From contig CAVSCB010000013.1 of the NCBI GenBank assembly GCA_963726305.1, positions 32,816 to 96,815 of the forward strand: 64,000 nt of DNA, read 5' to 3'. The translations under genes were made by a program, and so were the position numbers. Under the pieces are notes generated by a model. The model had not been told where the DNA came from. It saw nothing but the letters and a program-made list of their open reading frames with translations, and searched no databases. How positions within the stretch are numbered: the first letter of the stretch is position 1; every line of letters begins with the position of its first letter. This document shows, piece after piece, positions 39,319-50,378 of the stretch. This DNA is from an uncultured Gammaproteobacteria bacterium (GTDB lineage: Bacteria > Pseudomonadota > Gammaproteobacteria > Xanthomonadales > Xanthomonadaceae).

Positions 39319-42126
39319 CTAACGCTTCATCGGTCCGATGTCGCCTTGCGTCCTGCCAATACCGATTGCTTGATCAACTTGATGCCCTGCGCCGCCACGT
39401 AGCCGTGGATCTCCTTCACGTCGAGCTTGCGCATGTAGGTGATCGTGTCGGCGGTGATGACCTGGCCCGGCACCATGATCGGGAAGCCCGGGCGGATACG
39501 GGATCACGAAGTTGGCCGAGACCATTTCCGGACCGTTCTTCAGGCGCTCGTCGATGTCCTTGCTGGCGAGCTTGATGAACTCGCAGTTGGACTCCTCGTA
39601 GGCCATGAAGAACGCCGGGCGCATGTGGCCCTCGTTGCTCGCGCTCTTGGGGTTCTCGCGGAAGGCGTCCTGGAAGCGGCTGAAGTTGGGCAGGTCGGGC
39701 ACGTCGGCCATCAGCGACTTCACCCGCGCGTCGTGGGTTTCCTTGACCGCCGGACCGCCCTCGGCCAGGCGCTGCTCGATCTCGCGCGACAGGTCGGCCA
39801 GCGCCTTGATCAGCAGCGCCGCGTCGCTATGCGTGTTGTTGATGTTGGTCTGCACCAGGATGCTGTTGCGCGAGGTCTTGTTGATCTGGATGTCGAAGCG
39901 CTCGGCCAGCAGGCCCTTGAACTGCGATGCCATCGAAACCCGCCGCGCCGCAGACCAGCGTCAGGCGGGTCGGATCGAGCGCGAACTCGTCCGTCGTCCC
40001 AGGCCTCGATCATGTCGGCCCAGCTCGAGTGCGGCGCGCCGAAGTCCTTGAAGCCCGGACTCGCGGAACTCGGCCGGGATCATGTCCGCCGGCGTTGGCC
40101 ACATGGAAGTACTTCGAGATCAGCGGATGCTGGTTGATCGCGGTGCGCAGCTGGACCGCGAGTGTCGGTCATGGCCATGGTCATGCCCATAGCCTTCGAG
40201 CTCCATCTGCCGCCGCGCCAGATCGAGCGAGGCGATGCAGCTGCAGGTTCGGCGAGGTCGAGGTGTGCGACAGGAAGGCTTCCGTCGAACGGCCCTTCGA
40301 CCTTGTGGAAGTCCTCGTCCCAGACCAGCATCATCGAGCCCTGGCGGAACGCCGACATCGACTTGTGCGTGGAGTTGGTCTGGTAGACGCGGATGCGCAC
40401 CTTGTCCGGATCGGGCAGCAGGTGCATGTCGAGCAGCGCTGCGGCGTTCTTCGGGTCGATCTTGCCGGCCTTGGCGGCACGAAGGCCTTGTATTCGGCCT
40501 GGTACGCCGGGTCGCGATAGCGCTCGGTCAGCGCGGCCGCCGCGCCCATGCCCGTGCGGCGGCGGTGGAACGGGTTGAAGCGGGCGAAGCCGAACCAGGC
40601 CTCGTCCCACAGGAAGATCAGGTCCGGCTTGATCGCCAGGCACTCCTCCATGACCCGGCGCGGGTTGTACATGTGGCCGTCGAAGGTGCAGTTGGTCATG
40701 TCGATGACCTTGACCCGGTCGAGCTTGCCCTCGGCCATGCAGTCGAACAGCGCCTTCTTGATCGTGCGCAGCGGCACCGCGCCGTACATCGAGTACTGCG
40801 TCAGCGGGAAGGCCTCGACGTAGTAGGGCTGCGCGCCGCTCAGCACCATGCCGTAGTGGTGCGACTTGTGGCAGTTGCGGTCGACGATCACGATGTCGCC
40901 CGGCTTGCAGACCGCCTGCACCACGATCTTGTTCGAGGTCGAGGTGCCGTTGGTGCCCAGGAAGGCGCGCTTGGCGCCGAAGGCGCGCGCGACCATTTCC
41001 TGCGTCTTCTTGATGTTGCCGGTCGGCTCCAGCAGGCTGTCCAGGCCGCCGGTGGTCGCCGACGATTCGGCGAAGAAGATGTTGGCTGCCGTAGAACTGG
41101 CCCATGTCGCGGATCCAGTTCGAGCGGAACACCGACTTGCCGCGCGCGATCGGCAGCGCGTGGAAGGTGCCGATCGGGCGCTGCGCGTACTTCTTGAGGT
41201 TGTCGAAGTACGGCGTCTCGTAGCGGTCCTTGATGCCGTCGAGGATGGACAGGTGGATCTCCATCGGCTCCTCGACGTGGTGGAACATGCGCCGCATCGA
41301 GGCGACCTCATCGCTGCCGGCCAGGCTCTCCGGCGCGCGGTCGGATCAGCAGGTAGAGGTCGAGCTCCGGCCGGTAGCTCTTGATGGCCTTGGCCAGCGT
41401 CGTGGCCAGCTGCCCGGGCTCGACGCTGTCGGCGTCGACCTGCACGTGGCGGGCCAGGAACTCCTGCAGGTCCGGCATGTCGTGGCGCGACGCGAACTGG
41501 AAGCCATCGAAGATCACCACGGCCTGGATGCTGTCGTTGACCATCACGGCCAGCGCCGCATCCTCGAAGCTGCCCACGTGGACCGCCTCGTAGTGGAACG
41601 CGTCGTCGGGGCGGCGCAGGCGCCGCATGTCGTCTCTGCGCGCGCTCCCAGCTGGCCGGGTCGTTCGGAGTGACGACCAGCACTTCGAAGTACGGCTTGT
41701 AGCGCGTCGACCGGCGTCGCCGTCCGGGGCAGCGCGCGTCGAGCAGCGCGGGCATCGCCCTCGGCCGCCGGATCCCAGGCGATTTCGTCGCGGCGGAAGT
41801 CGCCGGTCATCAGCGCGCGCGGAGACCTTCTGCACCAGCCGCGCGAGTGCTGGCGGCATCGCGCTGCTCGATGGCGGCTCGCCGATGGCGGCCAGCAGGC
41901 GGGTGCCCGGATAGGCCCAGCAATGTTCAAGCCGGGTCAGGCCGGCGAAGTAGGCGGCAATTTCGGAACCAAGCGCCTTGCACTTTGGACCCTTGGGGTC
42001 GGCTGCCGCCCAGGCTCGGGTCAGCGCATTGAGCTGGCGCCACTGGTCCGACCGGTTGGCGGCGACGGCGAACACTTTGGAAAGGCCTTCTGATGCGGTT
42101 TTCGGCGATGTCTTGACGTCGTTCAT
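39319..42126 (-). CDS. Long Orn/Lys/Arg-decarboxylase-family PLP enzyme with N-terminal extension, many frameshifts
   Basis: FHALPIARGKS, LDSLLEPTG, TNGTSTSNK, DRNCHKSHH, WDEAWF, STHKS (PLP Lys), TSTSPN, IPYPPG. Confidence 0.88.
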
Positions 42127-42232
42127 GGCGACTGGCTCCGGCTCTCTTGTGGTCGTTCAGGGCAATCCACCGGGTGAATTACCCAGTGAACTGGCTGGAT
42201 GAGCCTCAGGATCCCGAAGCTACCCAGCCTTT

Positions 42233-42285
42233 CAAGCGCAGCCTAACGCCAGAACGAATCCCCGTTATTGACCTGAGTCAATAAC
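42233..42285 (-). promoter_or_regulatory. FNR/Anr-type box and class II promoter of the decarboxylase operon
   Basis: Perfect dyad GTTATTGAC-ctga-GTCAATAAC (42264-42285); -10 TAGGCT at 42245-42240 places the dyad centre at -41.5. Confidence 0.7.
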
Positions 42286-42354
42286 CAATGGGAGCCCGAG
42301 CGTCCTTGTCTGGCAAGGCGTAAGCCATGCCATTGGTCCCTGTTTCGGCGGCGC

Positions 42355-42507
42355 TTAAAGCGGCAAACGCAGCCCGAGGAATGGAGCGGCCAGCCAATAG
42401 GCGCTCGCCAGCACGACCAGGATCAGGCCCAGCTTGAACACGGCGCCGGCCACCTTGATCAGCAGGTAGACGGCGAGGGCCAGCAGGATGATTGCCGTGA
42501 TGCTCAT
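42355..42507 (-). CDS. Small 50-aa two-TM membrane protein (not in ORF track)
   Basis: Read by hand: MSITAIILLALAVYLLIKVAGAVFKLGLILVVLASAYWLAAPFLGLRLPL*, mostly G/C third positions. Confidence 0.7.
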   Translation of the reverse strand: MSITAIILLALAVYLLIKVAGAVFKLGLILVVLASAYWLAAPFLGLRLPL

Positions 42508-42593
42508 TGCGTGGAATCCGCGGGTCGGTCGGCCTCAAGTGTAGCCCGGCAAGCTAGAATCACGACTGCGATTTCCGCTGCCAAGAACTCCCG

Positions 42594-44845
42594 ATGACCG
42601 AACCCGCCCGCCCCAGTTTCCATGGCTTCGAGCAGATCCCGCTGCGCGAATACGCTGAACGCGCCTACCTCGACTATTCGATGTACGTGGTGCTCGACCG
42701 CGCCCTGCCCTTCCTCGGCGACGGCCTGAAGCCGGTGCAGCGCCGGATCATCTACGCCATGAGCGAGCTCGGCCTGGGCGCCGGGGCGAAACCGAAGAAA
42801 TCCGCCCGCACCATCGGCGACGTGATCGGCAAGTTCCACCCGCACGGCGACAGCGCCTGCTACGCGGCGCTGGTGCTGATGGCGCAGCCGTTCTCCTACC
42901 GCTATCCGCTGATCGAAGGCCAGGGCAATTTCGGCTCGACCGACGATCCGTCATCGTTCGCGGCAATGCGCTACACCGAATCGAAGCTGACGCCGATCGC
43001 CGAAGTCCTGCTCGGCGAACTCGGCCAGGGCACGGTGGACTGGAGCCCGAATTTCGACGGCACGCTGGAGGAACCGAGCTGGCTGCCGGCGCGCCTGCCG
43101 CACCTGCTGCTGAACGGCACCACCGGCATCGCGGTCGGCATGGCCACCGACGTGCCGCCGCACAATCTGAACGAAGTGGTCAGCGCCTGCGTGCGCCTGC
43201 TCGACGATCCCGACGCCAGCGTGCGCGACCTGTGCGAGCACGTGCGCGGACCGGACTATCCGACCACCGCCGAGATCATCACCCCGGCCGCCGATTTGCT
43301 GGCCATGTACGAGACCGGCGGCGGCAGCGTCCGCGCCCGCGCGACCTTCGTGCGCGAAGGCCAGAACCTGGTCATCACCGCCATGCCTTACCAGGTGTCG
43401 CCGTCGAAGATCATGGAGCAGATCGCGACCCAGATGCGGGCCAAGAAGCTGCCATGGCTGGAAGACCTGCGCGACGAGTCCGATCACCAGAATGCCGGTG
43501 CGCCTGGTGCTGGTGCCGCGTTCGAACCGGGTCGATTACGAGGCCCTGATGGGCCACCTGTTCGCCACCACGGACCTCGAGAAGAGTTTCCGGGTCAACC
43601 TGAACATCATCGGCCTCGACGGCCGGCCGCAGGTCAGGAACCTGAAGAGCCTGCTGGCGGAATGGCTGGTGTTCCGGCTCGAGACCGTGCGCAAGCGCCT
43701 GCGCTATCGCCTGGAGCGCGTCGAGCGCCGCCTGCACCTGCTCGACGGCCTGCTGGTCGCCTTCCTCAACCTCGACGAAGTCATCCGCATCATCCGCACC
43801 GAGGACGACGCCAAGGCCGCATTGATCGCGCGCTTCGGCCTCACCGAGGAACAGACCGACTACATCCTCGAGACCAAGCTCAAGCAGCTGGCGCGCCTGG
43901 AGGAGATGAAGATCCGCGGCGAGCAGGACGAACTGGACAAGGAGCGCGACAAGCTGATCGCCACCCTCGGCTCGCCGGGGAAGTTGAAGAAGCAGGTCAA
44001 GGACGAATTGCTGGCGGACGCCAAGAAATTTGGCGACGAGCGGCGCTCGCCGCTGGTGCAGCGCGAAGCCGCGCAGGCGATCAGCGAGAGCGAGCTGATC
44101 CCGAGCGAGCCGGTGACGGTGGTGCTGTCGGCGAAGGGCTGGATCCGCGCCGCCAAGGGCCACGAAGTCGACGCCTCGTCGCTCAACTACCGCGAGGGCG
44201 ACAGCCTGCTGCAGGCGGTGCGCGGACGCAGCACGCAGCAAGTCGCGTTCCTGGACAGCACGGGCCGCGCCTATTCGACGCTTGCGCATACGCTGCCTTC
44301 GGCGCGCGGCAACGGCGAACCATTGACCGGCCGCTTCACCCTGCCGACCGGCGCGCATTTCGTCGGCGCGGCGATCGCCGACAACGACACGCGCTTCGTC
44401 GTCGCCTCCAGCTTCGGCTACGGCTTCGTCACCCGCTTCGAGAATTTCACCGGCCGCAACAAGGCCGGCAAGCAATTGATCAACACCGACGATGCCGCGG
44501 AAATCCTGCAGCCGGCGCTGGTAACCGATACCGCCAAGGACTGGATCGTCTCGGTGACGTCGGCGGGTCACCTACTGGCTTTCCCGATCAGCGAATTGCC
44601 CGAGCTCGACAAGGGCAAGGGCAACAAGCTGATCCAGATTCCGCCGGCGAAGCTGAAATCCGGCGAAGAACAAGTGATTGCCGTCGCCAGCGTGCGCCAG
44701 GGCGGCGAACTGACGCTTGTACTGCGGACAGCGCCATATCACCCTGAGCTGGCGCGACCTGCAGGCCTATGAAGGCTCGCGCGCCTCGCGCGGCAATGCC
44801 TTGCCGCGTGGCTTCCAGCGCGTGGATTCGGTGGAAGCCAGCTAG
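42594..44845 (+). CDS. parC: DNA topoisomerase IV subunit A, frameshifts near 43490 and 44720
   Basis: [46 protein letters not shown]. Confidence 0.96.
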
Positions 44846-44858
44846 AGCATCGCGGCTG

Positions 44859-44878
44859 GGAGCGGCCGAAGCCGCTCC
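44859..44878. terminator. Hairpin between convergent parC and asnB
   Basis: GGAGCGGC-cgaa-GCCGCTCC. Confidence 0.5.
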
Positions 44879-44885
44879 TGAGCGG

Positions 44886-46563
44886 CTACAGGGAAGCGCG
44901 GCGACGTGCACTCCGGCAATCGCGCGGCCGGATGGATCGGCGGCCGCCGCGAACGACGCATCCCAGGCAATCGCCGTCGGCGTCGAGCAGGCGATCGACG
45001 GACCGCCCGGCACGGTGTGCGCGCAGCTCTCGCCCGGGAAGGCCTGCGCGAACAGGCGGCGATACAGCAGCGCCTCCTTCGTGCCCGGCGTGTTGAACGG
45101 AAATTCCTTCGCCGCCCTGCACCAGTTCCGCATCGCTGATCGTGCGCTCGGCATGCGCCTTCAGCGAGTCGATCCAGCTGTAGCCGACGCCATCGCTGAA
45201 CTGCTCCTTCTGCCGCCACAGGATGCTGTCCGGCAAGGCGCCGACGAAGGCTTCGCGCAAGACGGCCTTCTCGATCTTTCCAGGCCGGGTCCGCTTGTGC
45301 TCGGCGTCCATCGACATCGCGACGTCGAGGAATTCGAGATCGAGGAACGGCACGCGCGCCTCCACGCCCCAGGCGGCCATCGACTTGTTGGCGCGCAGGC
45401 AGTCGTACAGATGCAGCGCATCGAGCTTGCGCACGGTCTCTTCGTGGAAGGCCTCGGCCGACGGCGCCTTGTGGAAGTACAGGTAGCCGCCGAAGATCTC
45501 GTCGGCGCCTTCGCCGGACAGCACCATCTTCACGCCCATCGCCTTGATCCGGCGCGCCATCAGGTACATCGGCGTCGAGGCGCGGATCGAGGTGACGTCG
45601 TAGGTCTCGATGTGCCGGATCACGTCGGGCAGCGCGTCGAGCCCCTCCTGCACCGTGAACTTGAAGTCGTGGTGGCTGGTGCCGAGGTATTGGGCCGCGA
45701 CCGCGCGCCGCGGCCAGGTCGGGCGATCCTTCCAGCCCGATCGCGAACGAATGCAGGCGCGGCCACCAGGCTTCCTCGCGGTCGTCGGATTCGACCCGGT
45801 TCTTGGCGAAGCGCGCGGCGCAGGCCGCCACCAGCGAAGAGTCGAGGCCGCCCGACAGCAGCACGCCGTAGGGCACGTCGGTCATCAACTGGCGATGCAC
45901 CGCGGCTTCGAACGCCGCGCGCAACTGCGCCGGCTCGACCTTGACGCCGCGGGTGGCCTCGTAGTCGCGCCACTTGCGCGTCCAGTAGCGCACCGGCACG
46001 CCGACCCGGCTGTCCAGGTAGTGGCCGGGCGGAAACACCTCGATGTCGTCGCAGACGCCGACCAGCGCCTTCATTTCCGAAGCCACGTACAGGCGGCCCG
46101 CGGAATCGTGGCCCATGTAGAGCGGGCAGACGCCGATCGGATCGCGGGCGATCAGGTAGCGCTGCGCATCCTTGTCCCAGAGCGCGAAGGCGAAGATGCC
46201 GTTGAGCTTGTCGAGGAAGTCGATGCCGTGTTCGCGATACAGGGCGTTGATCACCTCGCAGTCCGAGTCGGTCTGGAACTCGTAGGCCTGGCCCAGGCCC
46301 TTCTGCAGCTCGCGATGGTTGTAGATCTCGCCGTTCACCGCCAGCGCCAGGCCGCCGTCGGCCGATCGCAGCGGCTGCGCGCCGGACGACACGTCGACGA
46401 TGGCGAGGCGCTCGTGCACCAGGATGGCCCGGTCATCGGCATAGACGCCGCTCCAGTCCGGCCCGCGATGGCGTTGCCGCATGCTCTGCGACAAGGCCTG
46501 CTTGCGCAGCGCGGCCAGGTCGACGCCGGCCGCAATATCGAAGATTCCGAGGATAGAACACAT
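44886..46563 (-). CDS. asnB: Glutamine-hydrolysing asparagine synthetase B, frameshifts near 45700 and 45110
   Basis: N-terminal MCSILG (Cys nucleophile), [47 protein letters not shown]. Confidence 0.96.
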
Positions 46564-46587
46564 GGGGTTTTCCTTTTTTGAAGACGC

Positions 46588-46624
46588 AAATGGAAACGGC
46601 CCGCACTGGTTCGGTGCGGGCCGT
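46588..46624 (-). terminator. Attenuator terminator upstream of asnB
   Basis: - strand ACGGCCCGCAC-cgaacca-GTGCGGGCCGT (11-bp stem) followed by TTCCATTT, about 30 nt before the asnB ATG. Confidence 0.75.
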
Positions 46625-46656
46625 CGTAGGATTCAGGGAGTGCTTTAGCGCAGCGC

Positions 46657-46776
46657 CTAATCGTCGACCCGCAGGGGGGCGTTCCGGTTATTGTTATTGA
46701 GATTATTCAGGCGAGCGGCGACCGACCGGAGATTGGCCTGAAGCTGAACGGCAAGGAGGGCGCTGGCGCGGTGCAT
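46657..46776 (-). CDS. Asn-rich leader peptide of asnB (39 aa)
   Basis: MHRASALLAVQLQANLRSVAARLNNLNNNNRNAPLRVDD*; 7 Asn codons in 9 (46707-46681); TATAGT 6 nt before the ATG. Confidence 0.85.
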   Translation of the reverse strand: MHRASALLAVQLQANLRSVAARLNNLNNNNRNAPLRVDD

Positions 46777-46856
46777 GACTCGACTATAGCCAATTACGGG
46801 CTTGGCGCAAGCCCCGGGGCAATGCGAGCATGGGCGCAGAACGATTGGAGCCGTGC

Positions 46857-49238
46857 ATGACTCGCATTCCGCGCCTGTTGCTGCGCTTTTTCTGGCTGCT
46901 GCTGTTGCTGCTGGCATTGGCCTCGCTGGTCGGCTGGTGGCTGGTTCGCGGCAGCCTGGCCCAGCTGGACGGCCGGCTCGAACTGGCCGGCCTCGGCGCG
47001 CCGGTACAGATCGATCGCGATGCGCTCGGTGTGGTCACCATCCATGCCGCCAACGAGGTCGATGCCGCCCGCGCACTGGGCTACGTGCACGGCCAGGAGC
47101 GCTTCTTCGAGATGGACCTGTTGCGCCGCTCGGCCGCGGGCGAATTGTCCGAACTGTTCGGCGCCATCGCCATCGACAAGGACAAGTCGATTCGCGTGCA
47201 CCGGCTGCGTGCCCGCGTCGGGCAGGACATCGGTGCCATCGCATCGGGAAAGATGCCCGTTCTCATCGCCTACACCGAAGGCGTCAATGCGGGCCTCGGC
47301 AACCTGCGCACGCGGCCATGGCCCTACCTGCTGCTCGGCGCCCAGCCGCGAGCCTGGACGCCGACGGACAGCCTGCTGGCCGGCTACGCGATGTTTTTCG
47401 ACCTGCAGGATGAATCCAATTCCCGCGAGCTGGCGTTGTGGCGGATCAGGCAAGTCGTACCGGACGCGCTGTATCGGGTCATCGACTCCGACGGCACCGA
47501 ATGGGACGCCCCGCTGATCGGCGCAGCCCGCGGCAACGTGATGCTGCCGGGTGCTGATTCCCTCGACTTGCGCAGGCTGCCGATGCCGGCGAAAGACCCG
47601 GACAGCGAAGATGCCGAACCCGCCGCGCCAGGCAGCAACAATTTCGCGGTTGCCGGCGCGTTGACAAGGGACCATCGCGCCATCGTCGCCAACGACATGC
47701 ACCTGACCCTGCGCGCGCCCAACGTCTGGTTCCGCGCCCGGCTGCTTTATGACGACGCAGCGGCGGTCGGTGGCAAGGTGGATGTCGGCGGCTTCACGCT
47801 GCCCGGCATTCCCGCCATCATCGTCGGCAGCAACCGACACGTGGCCTGGGGATTCACCAACTCCTATGGCGACTGGCTCGATTTCTATCGGGTCGAGTGG
47901 ACCGATGCCGCCCACTCGCGCTATCGCAGCGCGCAAGGCGAGCAGGCACTGAAAGTCGTGCACGAAAAAATCCTGGTGAAGGGCAAGCCGGCCGAAGACT
48001 TCGTGGTCCGCGAAACGCTCTGGGGGCCGATCACCGAAGAGCTGGATGCCAACACCTCGCTGGCCCTGCGCTGGGCGGCGCAACAGCCGGGCGCGATCAA
48101 CCTGGGACTGGCCGGGCTGGCGACCGCCGCCAATCTTGACGACGCCCTCGCCCGCGCCGGCGCCATCGGCATGCCCGCCCAGAACATGATGCTGGGCGAC
48201 GCCACCGGAAGGATCGCCTGGCGGCTTGCGGCGCAGATGCCGGCGCGCGTCGGCGGCTGCGACATCCAGGCGCCTGTCGATCCGATGGCCGGCTGCGAAT
48301 GGCAAGGCTGGCGGCCCGCCAACGCGAACCCCTCGTTGGTGGATCCACCGAGCGGAAGGCTGTGGACCGCCAATGCGCGGACGGTCGATGGCGACGCGCT
48401 GGAAATGGTCGGCGACGCCGGCTATGCGAACGGCGCGCGCGCCCGGCAGATTCGCGACGATCTTTTTTCCCGGCGGCAGTTCGGCGAACGCGACCTGATG
48501 GCGATCCAGCTCGACGATCGCGCCGTCTTCCTGCAGCGCTGGTGGAAATTGCTGCGGGCGCAGGCCCTGGCTTCGAAGGATCCGGCGTGGAACGCGTTCG
48601 AAGCCGCCACTCGCAATTGGGAAGGCCGCGCCGCGATCGGCTCGGTCAGTTACCGGCTGGTCCGCGACTGGCGCCTGGCCGTCGTCGAGCGCGTGCGCGA
48701 CGGATTGATGGCGCCGGCGCAGGCGGCGCTCGGCAAGGACTTCCTGATGCCTGACCTGCCGCAGATCGAGGGCGCCACCTGGCAACTGGTATCGACGCGT
48801 CCGGCGAATTTGCTGCCGCGAAAATTCGCCAGTTGGGATGCCTTGTTCCTGGATGCCGCGCAAGCGGTTGCTGCCGAACTCGATGCCAAGGGTCCATTGA
48901 ATGAGCGAACCTGGGGCGAGCGCAACGCGGCCTCCATCTGCCACCCGCTCGCCAAGGCCTTGCCCGGCCTGATCAGGCCGTGGCTGTGCATGCCTGCGGA
49001 TGCCCTGCCCGGCGACTTGAACATGCCGCGCATCGCCAGCCCCACCTTCGGCGCTTCGCAACGCATGGTGGTTTCGCCGGGCCACGAGGAGGACGGCATC
49101 ATCCACATGCCCGGCGGCCAGAGCGGCAACCCGCTGTCGCCGTTCTGGGGCGCCGGACATGAGTCGTGGGTGCGCGGCCAGCCAACGCCGTTCCTGCCCG
49201 GCAAGGCCGAGCACTCGCTGACCATCGCCTCGCCCTAG
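46857..49238 (+). CDS. Penicillin acylase family Ntn-hydrolase (possible AHL acylase)
   Basis: N-terminal TM; [24 protein letters not shown] (Ser nucleophile), [17 protein letters not shown]. Confidence 0.92.
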   Translation: MTRIPRLLLRFFWLLLLLLALASLVGWWLVRGSLAQLDGRLELAGLGAPVQIDRDALGVVTIHAANEVDAARALGYVHGQERFFEMDLLRRSAAGELSELFGAIAIDKDKSIRVHRLRARVGQDIGAIASGKMPVLIAYTEGVNAGLGNLRTRPWPYLLLGAQPRAWTPTDSLLAGYAMFFDLQDESNSRELALWRIRQVVPDALYRVIDSDGTEWDAPLIGAARGNVMLPGADSLDLRRLPMPAKDPDSEDAEPAAPGSNNFAVAGALTRDHRAIVANDMHLTLRAPNVWFRARLLYDDAAAVGGKVDVGGFTLPGIPAIIVGSNRHVAWGFTNSYGDWLDFYRVEWTDAAHSRYRSAQGEQALKVVHEKILVKGKPAEDFVVRETLWGPITEELDANTSLALRWAAQQPGAINLGLAGLATAANLDDALARAGAIGMPAQNMMLGDATGRIAWRLAAQMPARVGGCDIQAPVDPMAGCEWQGWRPANANPSLVDPPSGRLWTANARTVDGDALEMVGDAGYANGARARQIRDDLFSRRQFGERDLMAIQLDDRAVFLQRWWKLLRAQALASKDPAWNAFEAATRNWEGRAAIGSVSYRLVRDWRLAVVERVRDGLMAPAQAALGKDFLMPDLPQIEGATWQLVSTRPANLLPRKFASWDALFLDAAQAVAAELDAKGPLNERTWGERNAASICHPLAKALPGLIRPWLCMPADALPGDLNMPRIASPTFGASQRMVVSPGHEEDGIIHMPGGQSGNPLSPFWGAGHESWVRGQPTPFLPGKAEHSLTIASP

Positions 49239-50378
49239 GCGAGCAGTCTTTCGGCGATCTCGCGGTACAGCGCCGGCAGCCGTTCCAGTTCGTCCAGCGA
49301 CACGCGTTCGTCGACCTTGTGGATGCTGGCGTTGACCGGACCCATTTCGACGACTTCCGCTCCCAGCGGCGCGATGAAGCGCGCGTCCGAGGTTCCGCCG
49401 CCGGTGTTCTCGTCCGGCGTGACGCCGCAACGGGCGATCATGATCTCGCGCACGACCTTGCGCAGCGCGCCCTCGCCGGTGAGGAACGGCTCGCCGCCGC
49501 GATGCCAGGCGATGCCGTATTCCAGTCCGTGACGATCGAGCGTCGCATGCACCTCGCGCTCGAGTTCCGCAGCCTGCCATCCCGGATTGAAGCGGAAATT
49601 GAACACCACCTCGCAGGCGCCGGGAATCACGTTGTTGGCGCCGGTGCCGGAATGGATATTCGAAATCTGGAAGCTCGACGGCGGGAATTCCGGCGTGCCG
49701 GTGCGCGGATAACCCTGGTCCCATTGCCGCGCGCACAACTCGGCGAGCGCCGGCATGGCCTGGTGGATCGGATTGCGCGCTTTCTCCGGATAGGCCACGT
49801 GGCCCTGGATGCCCTTGACCGTCAGCGTGCCCGACAAGGTGCCGCGTCGGCCCACGCGCAACAGGTCGCCGAGTCTTTCCTTCGACGACGGTTCGCCGGT
49901 AAGGCAGTAGTCGATGCGCTGGCCGGTCGCGCGAAAGTGGTCGGCGACGCGACGCACGCCATCGATGGCGTCGCCCTCTTCATCGGAGGTCAGCAACACC
50001 GCCACGGTTCCGCGATGGCCTGGATGGCTGGCGACGAACTCCTCCAGCGCGACGACGAAGGCGGCGACGCTGCCTTTCATGTCGGCCGTGCCGCGCCCAT
50101 AGAGAAATCCATCGCGAACGGTGGGCTCGAACGGCGGGCTGCTCCACTGCTCGCGCCGGGCCGCTCGGCACCACATCGGTGTGGCCGAGGAACACCAGCA
50201 CCGGCGAACCGCTGCCATGGGTCGCCCACAGGTTCTTCACCGGGCCGAACGGCAGGTGCTCGATCCGGAATCCCGCCCGCTGCAATCGTTCGGCGATCAG
50301 CGCCTGGCAACCTGCGTCGTCCGGCGTGACCGAGGCGCGACCGACCAACTCCCGGGTCAGGGCCAGCACGTCGCTCAT
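49235..50378 (-). CDS. dapE: Succinyl-diaminopimelate desuccinylase, frameshift near 50165
   Basis: [44 protein letters not shown]. Confidence 0.95.

Noticed and set aside
46681-46707. Asn tract as a neutral microsatellite
   Set aside because: It mixes AAT and AAC codons with in-frame interruptions and sits before asnB with matching RNA structures. This fits selection on Asn codons better than slippage.
46794-49736. 980-aa antisense ORF, and similar ones at 19772..22000, 24095..25750 and 29896..31476
   Set aside because: These are shadow ORFs opposite well-supported genes. High GC3 removes antisense stops, and the translations have no recognisable motifs.
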